DNA of 64,000 nucleotides from the NCBI GenBank assembly GCA_024405635.1, contig JAKSOL010000006.1:65250-129249 (forward strand). Reading direction: 5' to 3'. The DNA is from Salinivirgaceae bacterium (GTDB taxonomy: Bacteria; Bacteroidota; Bacteroidia; Bacteroidales; SZUA-534). Positions 57,627 to 64,000 of this stretch are shown here, piece by piece. A program made the position numbers and the translations under genes. The notes beneath the pieces were generated by a model that had not been told where the DNA came from, made no database searches, and worked only from the letters and a program-made list of their open reading frames with translations. Each line of letters starts with the position of its first letter. The first letter of the stretch is position 1.

Positions 57627-59723
57627 ATGAGAAATATTTTAAAAATGTGCCTTGTTGCAATGGTGGCTTTGGTTGCAAAGCCAACCATAGCGCAAGAAGC
57701 AATAACAGTAACTGCCGTAACTAATGGATATGAAATAGATTTTCAAATGCCAGAATACACCACTTCAACTATCAATATGGCTGAGGAATACAGCAAAAAC
57801 ATAAACTACACGAATATTGAAGTGCAACATCAAGACTTCCATGAGTTTGCAAACGACTTTGGCGCACCAACATTTGCAGCCTTTACAATTTCGTTGCCTA
57901 TACCAGAAAATGCTCAAAATTTCAGTATTTCGGCCACATACGATATGAGTCGATATGCAGCAATGTTAGATGATGAAGATTTCAAAAAATTGAGTTATGT
58001 ACCAGTGCCTCTGCAAAAAGACTATGCGTTAAATGAGACTCCAACATTCACCATAAAAAATGCAGAATACCAGTCCTCCAACGGATTTATATATTTTAAC
58101 CCAATGGTTACCGACACATTTTCAATAATGGGTCAGCGAGGTGTTAACATAACATTTTGCCCGTTTATATATAAAATTTCCATTAAAGGCTTAACAGCAG
58201 TAAAAAAAACCAAATTGACATTTAGTTATGGCCCCTCAAACTCATCTACACCAAAAACTGGAATGCGACTTATGGCAGCAAGCAGTTCAAGCCAATCTAC
58301 TATACAAAACGATGAAATAAGCGAAACATCCATTAACTACATAAATAGCATTTTCAATTACACGCCTATTTCTACCTCTAAAAGTGGATTACCAACAGCA
58401 CTTTATGCAGCAGATGGGTCTGTTTCCTCAAAAGGTAACTACTTGATAATTGCAGACGACGAAATAGCCAAAAACAACACAATAGACTATTTTGCAAACT
58501 ACAAGCGCAATATTGGATATGACGTAACAGTAGTAACAACTGCTGAAACTGGGAAAACAGCCGATGAAATAAAAAACTTCATTAAGAACAAATATTCTAA
58601 TAAATCAACTCGTCCCGATTATGTTCTTTTAGTAGGCGACGCTCAAAAGATTCCTATTTCAGGAGGTAAAGCACTAGATAAAGAAAATCCACCTACTGAC
58701 CTTTATTACGCAAGAATGAGTGATAGCGGCAAGCATAGAGATATTCATTTAGGAAGAATTCCTGCTGAGACATCTATTGAAGCGTGTAATGCTTTCAATA
58801 AGATTATTTTTATGGAAAGAGAGTTAAAAGACAAGAATAAAGAAATGTTAATACTTACTGGTAATATTAGCGGAGATAATCTTTACTCTGATTTCTTAAA
58901 TAAGAATAGAGAAATATATCATTTTGGAATGATGGGTTATAAAAAAGATCTGTTAGAAAAACCTTATATGGAAGACGTTGAGAGTTATTTATCAACTCAC
59001 AACAGCACAAATCTTATTCTTTATAATGGACATGGAAATATTGAATATTTTTCAATAATGGATAAATTCGATTCTAGAAGATTGGCTGAAAATAGTTTTG
59101 ATAAATGCTTTGCTAATTATCCAATAATGTTTGGCCTCGCTTGCTTGACAGGTGCATATAATAATTCATATTTTATTGGAGGAAAGTTGTTTGTTGGAGG
59201 CAGAAATAGGTGTAGTGCTTATATAGGAGCTTCTACAAATTCGACAGTGAGATCAGATAATGTATTAATGAGATATTGGTTTGGCGATTTCATTAATCTT
59301 ATAGTTAGTACACAACAGAAAAAAGATGTTGACATATCTGCTTTTACTAATATCAATAGACTTGGAGAAATATTTGATTATGGTATTGAAAAAGCTAGAA
59401 AAGATCTTAATACAAGGCGTAACAAAAAAAAGAGACCTGAAAGTTATGGAGACAATGTAGCTCGCCGTTACAACTTATTTGGTGATCCCTCAATGTACGT
59501 TCGTGGTATAGACAAACTAAGCAGTATAAGATTTAAGCAAAAAGAGGTATTTTGCGCCAATTCAAAAATTGAATACAAAGCCAACAACAAAATTGAAAAT
59601 CAAACTAGTTTTACGGTAAAATTTGGTAGTGATGTAACCTTAACTTCAGGTAAAAATATAGTTTTAGGTTCTGGCTTTAAAGTTGAAAAAGGAGCAAAAT
59701 TTAAAGCAACAATAAAACAATAA
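57627..59723 (+). CDS. Gingipain-family (C25) cysteine protease: propeptide + catalytic domain + C-terminal beta module (3-coathanger-stack-like)
   Basis: YLII, YKR.IGY, PDYVLLVGD..IP, TDLYYA, LGRIPA, catalytic YNGHG and ACLTG, terminal YNLFGDP; signal peptide from ATG 57627. Confidence 0.85.
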   Translation: MRNILKMCLVAMVALVAKPTIAQEAITVTAVTNGYEIDFQMPEYTTSTINMAEEYSKNINYTNIEVQHQDFHEFANDFGAPTFAAFTISLPIPENAQNFSISATYDMSRYAAMLDDEDFKKLSYVPVPLQKDYALNETPTFTIKNAEYQSSNGFIYFNPMVTDTFSIMGQRGVNITFCPFIYKISIKGLTAVKKTKLTFSYGPSNSSTPKTGMRLMAASSSSQSTIQNDEISETSINYINSIFNYTPISTSKSGLPTALYAADGSVSSKGNYLIIADDEIAKNNTIDYFANYKRNIGYDVTVVTTAETGKTADEIKNFIKNKYSNKSTRPDYVLLVGDAQKIPISGGKALDKENPPTDLYYARMSDSGKHRDIHLGRIPAETSIEACNAFNKIIFMERELKDKNKEMLILTGNISGDNLYSDFLNKNREIYHFGMMGYKKDLLEKPYMEDVESYLSTHNSTNLILYNGHGNIEYFSIMDKFDSRRLAENSFDKCFANYPIMFGLACLTGAYNNSYFIGGKLFVGGRNRCSAYIGASTNSTVRSDNVLMRYWFGDFINLIVSTQQKKDVDISAFTNINRLGEIFDYGIEKARKDLNTRRNKKKRPESYGDNVARRYNLFGDPSMYVRGIDKLSSIRFKQKEVFCANSKIEYKANNKIENQTSFTVKFGSDVTLTSGKNIVLGSGFKVEKGAKFKATIKQ

Positions 59724-59728
59724 GAATT

Positions 59729-60382
59729 ATGAAGAAGTACTTTTTTATATGTTCTCTAATCGTAATGACATATTCTTGTTCAAAAAATACAGATAAAATA
59801 TATAATTGTATTTGTGACAATACATTGAGTGATAAGTATATGCCGTATAAAAATGGAGATACAATAGTTTATGCTAATGATAAAGAGACAATATCATTTA
59901 TTGTAAAAATCGAAAAAGCTCAAAATTATAAAGACACAATTTGTTATGATTGTAAGCAAGAAGTTTGCGGAAATCCTTGCAACTCTTATATGTTAATCCA
60001 AAATGACTCAATAGAAATGATACTTTCTTTTACTATGAAAATATTTTCTAGTGTTGTTTGTACATTCTCTAATTTATATAGTGATAAATACAATGTTTTT
60101 GTTAAAAAAACATCAGATTCAACATTCTACCAAAGCAACGTGTGTTTTGCTTCAAATAATAGCATAGATATTATAGAGGACAAGTATTGGACACATTCTC
60201 CAATTTTTTCTGTTTCAAAGTTTTTTTGCATAAATAAAGATGAAATTCTTACAAAATTGGATTTTGGTGATAAGAATTGGATTGATTCAAAATCTGTCGT
60301 ACAATCAATGACGATAACCGAAGGAGTAGGAATATCAAGAATTGAGTTTGAATGTGGCGAAGTTTGGACTATAGTTCAATAG
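59729..60382 (+). CDS. Variable lipoprotein, cassette 1
   Basis: Lipobox TYSC; ends GVGISRIEFECGEVWTIVQ. Confidence 0.8.
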   Translation: MKKYFFICSLIVMTYSCSKNTDKIYNCICDNTLSDKYMPYKNGDTIVYANDKETISFIVKIEKAQNYKDTICYDCKQEVCGNPCNSYMLIQNDSIEMILSFTMKIFSSVVCTFSNLYSDKYNVFVKKTSDSTFYQSNVCFASNNSIDIIEDKYWTHSPIFSVSKFFCINKDEILTKLDFGDKNWIDSKSVVQSMTITEGVGISRIEFECGEVWTIVQ

Positions 60383-60410
60383 CAAGTACATGAGTAATTA
60401 AATAAAACTT

Positions 60411-60489
60411 AAACCGCCAGCAACCGAGCAAAATGAGGTTGTTGGCGGTTTTTGTATTTGGAGGTAAAACAAAGGTTCAACTTATTTGG
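60411..60489 (+). terminator. Cassette boundary element 1 (hairpin + T-run + constant linker + core)
   Basis: AAACCGCCAGCAACC/GGTTGTTGGCGGTTT stem, then TTGTATTTGGAGGTAAAACAAAGGTTCAACTTATTTGG. Confidence 0.75.
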
Positions 60490-60742
60490 CGATCCAAGTA
60501 TGATTATAAAAGGATATAACATTGTGAATCTTACATTTGTTGATGAGTACATAAACAATAATAAAATATACTACAAAGTATTGGATACAATTGACACAAA
60601 TAATAGTAGTATAATTGTTGATGGAGCGAATTCTGAACTAATTCTTATAGCAGGGGAAAAGATAAGTTTAAAGCCTGGTTTTAAAGTATTAAATGATGCG
60701 ACATTTAAAGCAAATATTGAATCAATAAATAAGATATACTAA
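60452..60742 (+). pseudogene. Orphan C25 C-terminal module, divergent variant (cassette 2)
   Basis: FNLFGDPSM then LIAGEKISLKPGFKV...FKANI; only a TTG start, inside the terminator tail. Confidence 0.7.
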
Positions 60743-60753
60743 AACAAATTGAC

Positions 60754-61224
60754 ATGAAAAGACTAAAATTATTACTATTAATAATCATTGCATTATTTTT
60801 TGCTTCTTGCCACAAGTACAATGGACCTGATGAAGTTCCACAAAAGTATATTGATATTTTCCCATACCATTTAGGTCAAAAATTAGTTTTTAGTTCATCA
60901 AATGAAACCATATCAATGGAAATAGTTGGTTATAATGAAGTAATGGATAATGCTTGTTATGGCTCATCATGGGAAGCACATATTGAAATCACTTTTGAGA
61001 GTGAATACTTTAATGGCAATAGGCAGAGCGGGATTCTTAAAGTGTCAAATGAACATGATTATGGCAATTTGATGTTTTATCATTATTATGGAGAAAATGT
61101 TTCATTCAAAGAAGACACTATAATCATTTATGATTATCAATCTAATGAATGTGCAAAAATTGTTAAATACAAGGGTATCATAGAGTTTGAAGACAATGGT
61201 GTAACCTGGACCCTAATAGAATAA
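60754..61224 (+). CDS. Variable lipoprotein, cassette 2
   Basis: Lipobox FASC; ends KGIIEFEDNGVTWTLIE. Confidence 0.8.
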   Translation: MKRLKLLLLIIIALFFASCHKYNGPDEVPQKYIDIFPYHLGQKLVFSSSNETISMEIVGYNEVMDNACYGSSWEAHIEITFESEYFNGNRQSGILKVSNEHDYGNLMFYHYYGENVSFKEDTIIIYDYQSNECAKIVKYKGIIEFEDNGVTWTLIE

Positions 61225-61254
61225 TAACCCCACACAACGTTGTTTAACACAACC

Positions 61255-61329
61255 AACCCCAGCAACCGAGCTAATTCAGTTGTTGGGTTTTTTGTATTTG
61301 GAGGTAAAACAAAGGTTCAACTTATTTGG
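61255..61329 (+). terminator. Cassette boundary element 2
   Basis: AACCCCAGCAAC/GTTGTTGGGTTT stem + identical constant linker and core. Confidence 0.75.
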
Positions 61330-61570
61330 AGACCCCTCAATGTACGTTCGTGGTATAGACAAACTAAGCAGTATAACATTTAAACAAAAAGAGGTATTTT
61401 GTGCCAATTCAAAAATTGAATACAAAGCCAGCAATAAAATAGAAAACCAAAATAGTTTTACAGTAAAATCTGGTAGTGATGTAACCTTAACTTCAGGTAA
61501 AAATATAGTTTTAGGTTCTGGCTTTAAAGTTGAAAAAGGAGCAAAATTCAAAGCAACAATTAAACAATAA
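61280..61570 (+). pseudogene. Orphan C25 C-terminal module (cassette 3), near-identical to the protease 3' end
   Basis: NLFGDPSMYVRGIDKLSS...AKFKATIKQ; no credible start. Confidence 0.8.
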
Positions 61571-61575
61571 GAATT

Positions 61576-62184
61576 ATGAAGAAGTACTTTTTTATATGTT
61601 CTCTAATCATAATGACATATTCTTGTTCAAAAAATACAGATAAAATATATAACTGTATTTGTGATAATACGCTAAGCAATGCGTATATTACACAACGTGA
61701 TGGCAATATTGTTAAATACACAAATGGCTTAGATACATTATCCTTTGTCGCAAGAATTATGTTATCACAAAATTATACTGTTAATCATTCCGATTGTGGA
61801 AAGTGTTTACCTTGTGACTCTAAATGTATTTCATACACGATACTATCAAACGATTCCATTGAATTAGCGTTCATAGCCTCATATTTACCAATGAGCGGAC
61901 ACAATCAGGTATTTTGTATTTATAATAATTCTCTTTCAAATGAGTATGGGATTTGTTCCAAATTTAACTTAAATACATCTAGTTTAGATAGTGAAACAGA
62001 CATACCTTCTAATGTATGGGAAGTATTAGATGATAATATTTTTAATCATAAATGGGACAATATATTATATCATCAAAATGATATAGAAAACAAATCTGCC
62101 GTACAATCAATGACAATAACCGAAGGAGTAGGAATATCAAAAATTGAGTTTGAATGTGGAGATATTTGGACTCTAATAGAGTAA
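61576..62184 (+). CDS. Variable lipoprotein, cassette 3
   Basis: N- and C-termini nearly identical to the cassette-1 lipoprotein, middle strongly divergent. Confidence 0.8.
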   Translation: MKKYFFICSLIIMTYSCSKNTDKIYNCICDNTLSNAYITQRDGNIVKYTNGLDTLSFVARIMLSQNYTVNHSDCGKCLPCDSKCISYTILSNDSIELAFIASYLPMSGHNQVFCIYNNSLSNEYGICSKFNLNTSSLDSETDIPSNVWEVLDDNIFNHKWDNILYHQNDIENKSAVQSMTITEGVGISKIEFECGDIWTLIE

Positions 62185-62211
62185 TCCCACACAACGTTGT
62201 TTAACACAACC

Positions 62212-62286
62212 AACCCCAGCAACCGAGCTAATTCAGTTGCTGGGGTTTTTGTATTTGGAGGTAAAACAAAGGTTCAACTTATTTGG
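62212..62286 (+). terminator. Cassette boundary element 3
   Basis: Perfect AACCCCAGCAAC/GTTGCTGGGGTT stem + identical linker and core. Confidence 0.75.
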
Positions 62287-62529
62287 AGACCCCTCAATGT
62301 ACGTTCGTGGTATAGACAAACTAAGCAGTATAAGATTTAAGCAAAAAGAGGTATTTTGCGCCAATTCAAAAATTGAATACAAAGCCAACAACAAAATTGA
62401 AAATCAAACTAGTTTTACGGTAAAATCTGGTAGTGATGTAACCTTAACTTCAGGTAAAATATAGTTTTAACTTCTGGTTTTAAAGTTGAAAAAGGAGCTA
62501 TTTTCAAAGCTATAATAAATAACAATTAA
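62237..62529 (+). pseudogene. Orphan C25 C-terminal module (cassette 4), frameshifted
   Basis: GGTAAAATATAG has 4 A where other copies have 5; the shifted frame continues NIVLTSGFKVEKGAIFKAIINNN to TAA 62527-62529. Confidence 0.8.
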
Positions 62530-62530
62530 A

Positions 62531-64000
62531 CCTCAAATCCGCAAGTAAACTCCAAATATAATTCCAGCGACCATAAAGTGCCTAAAAACATCCATCATGC
62601 TGTCTGAGACATGGATTCTGTCTGTATTATGTAAATCTTCCCCTTACCCCACAATGCGACTTGAGGTAATACGCATACTATAGCCGAAAAAAAGGATTCT
62701 TATCCGAAATCCGTTTTGAATGGCTTGGCATAAGCATGCTTCTCTGTGTAGATATTCAGCACGTATTGCCTTGCTGTCATGATCCACTTGGCAGGTACGG
62801 AGATGAATCTGAAGACAAAAGCCTTTATGCGACTCGTTTTCTTGAGCCCAAAAGCCTTGGTGTCAAGCCTGCTCATGATGGTCTTGTAGAAATTGTGTAT
62901 CAATGCCGTAAGCAGAAGGAATACAGTGTTCTCTGACATGAACGACTTGGGGAGCCTGTTCCAGCCGAATCCGTTGTTCATGTCGTCAAAGATACGTTCC
63001 TTGCCGCCACGCAGATTGTAGAATTCAACAATGTCCCTTGTCGATGACTTGTAATCGTTGGTCAGAATACAACGGTAAGTGTATTCGCCTTCCCACAGGT
63101 CAAGGTCGCCACTGTTGCGTCTTTGTCTCTGGATGACAAGACGATAGCACTTGCCTTCCCATTTCTCAACGAGAATGGAATTGAGTTCGAACTGGATGCC
63201 GTTAATCTCCTCCGTCTTCCATCCTCTCAGAGCAAAGATGTCATTGTAGAGCGAACTGCATCGGTTGGCACGGATGTAGAAATGTTTGCAATGCTTCTCT
63301 ATCTCACTGACGATTTCCTTCGAGCAGGAACCGCAGTCTGCCCTGAAGCGATTTACACGGATGTTCTGGGATTCCAGAAGAGCGAAGAATCTCTTATGGG
63401 TGTCTGCCTGATGAAAACGCACATTCGTGTTACCATCGCTGTTCTCGATATAGACTATCTTGTCACCGATAACATATACGCCAGGCCTGTAGCCGAGGAA
63501 CTTTTTGTAGGTCGGTTTTGCATCATACTTCTCCGTTTCAAGGAACTGATGGTCAAAGTCAACATCGTATTCCTCAATTTCCTTCAACTCGCCTGTAGAA
63601 ACCAAAGCGTTTATAAGCAATGTGTTGAGTTTGTCTGCAGTATTGAAATCATAGGTCTTGCCTTGGTCGGAAGTATAGGAGATGTTTTCCTGTGTCAGTT
63701 CCTTGATGGCTCTGAGGATGGTATCAGAGCTGCATGTACGCAGGGTGGGATGATACGAGAGATGGCGCATAAGATGTGATGTCACATCCTCCACGCATGA
63801 ACCGCCACAGAAACACACGCTCATCAGCGAGCGTACAATCTCACTGAACAGATATCCGATGATACTGCTGCATCTCTGCCCCAATGTAGAGTCGATTACT
63901 GGTGAAAGCATGGAGTCAAATTGCTCCATAATTGAAAAAATTCCGCCAAAAGGTGTGAGTTTCTCAGATTTTATTTGTACCTTTGCCATGTCTTGTTGGG
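62531..64000 (-). mobile_element. IS1380-family element (IS612/IS614-like), truncated by the window edge
   Basis: Begins CCTCAAATCCGCAAG (IS1380-type CC terminus); abrupt GC increase; contains the transposase gene. Confidence 0.85.
62700..63989 (-). CDS. IS1380-family DDE transposase
   Basis: MAKVQIKSEKLTPFGG, DVDFDH, FRADCGS, YNLRGGKERIFD; 429 aa, recalled as very similar to Bacteroides IS612/IS614 transposases. Confidence 0.93.
   Translation of the reverse strand: MAKVQIKSEKLTPFGGIFSIMEQFDSMLSPVIDSTLGQRCSSIIGYLFSEIVRSLMSVCFCGGSCVEDVTSHLMRHLSYHPTLRTCSSDTILRAIKELTQENISYTSDQGKTYDFNTADKLNTLLINALVSTGELKEIEEYDVDFDHQFLETEKYDAKPTYKKFLGYRPGVYVIGDKIVYIENSDGNTNVRFHQADTHKRFFALLESQNIRVNRFRADCGSCSKEIVSEIEKHCKHFYIRANRCSSLYNDIFALRGWKTEEINGIQFELNSILVEKWEGKCYRLVIQRQRRNSGDLDLWEGEYTYRCILTNDYKSSTRDIVEFYNLRGGKERIFDDMNNGFGWNRLPKSFMSENTVFLLLTALIHNFYKTIMSRLDTKAFGLKKTSRIKAFVFRFISVPAKWIMTARQYVLNIYTEKHAYAKPFKTDFG

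Larger units (their letters stand above)
59471..62529 (+). repeat. Tandem cassette array: units start at CAACTTATTTGG cores at 59471, 60478, 61318 and 62275
   Basis: Unit lengths 1007, 840 and 957 bp plus a truncated 4th; units 1 and 3 differ at about 17 of their first ~350 nt (manual count). Confidence 0.92.

Noticed and set aside
61297-61328. TTTG-N20-CTTATTTG in the constant linker as a cassette promoter, and GGAGG as a Shine-Dalgarno
   Set aside because: The -7 box lacks the required TA, no start codon follows GGAGG, and Bacteroidetes rarely use SD sequences
59471-62529. Array as CRISPR, diversity-generating retroelement or classical integron
   Set aside because: Spacing is 840-1007 bp and contains genes; no cas, reverse transcriptase or integrase in the window; differences are not adenine-specific; no RYYYAAC/GTTRRRY attC pairing
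63123-63779. 218-aa ORF opposite the transposase, and other antisense ORFs in the track (e.g. 53425..53979, 31231..31677)
   Set aside because: Shadows of real genes with no motifs of their own

Overview
AT-rich Bacteroidota (probably Bacteroidales-like) chromosome segment, inferred from TAnnTTTG promoters, a T9SS C-terminal domain, a PorE-like protein and a Bacteroides-type IS1380 element. Most of the window is housekeeping: TPR and PorE-like genes, Ktr/Trk K+ uptake, DPP III, uvrB, nadE-mntP-tmk-DoxX-tpiA, map, menB/A/C/E, acn-icd-gltA, feoAB and asmA-dsbA. Two accessory zones stand out. (1) 56.6-62.5 kb: an S74/T9SS protein and a gingipain-family (C25) protease gene are followed by a tandem array of 840-1007 bp cassettes. 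Every cassette starts at the same 12-nt core (CAACTTATTTGG, the NLFGDP codons at the end of the protease domain) and carries a protease C-terminal module. The three complete cassettes also carry a variable lipoprotein and end in a covarying hairpin plus a constant linker. The copies are mosaics of each other, and an IS612/IS614-like element cuts the array. This is the best candidate for an undescribed cassette-shuffling protease/lipoprotein (inhibitor or immunity) system. (2) 30.9-34.7 kb: uracil phosphoribosyltransferase is fused in frame, through a 72-bp tandem duplication and a TM helix, to a GH25 muramidase. Next to it lies a stop-split hypothetical gene hiding an antisense structured RNA with its own promoter and terminator, and a separate candidate sRNA with an anti-start-codon seed. 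I saw no tRNA, rRNA or CRISPR array. All family calls are motif recognition by eye, not database hits.
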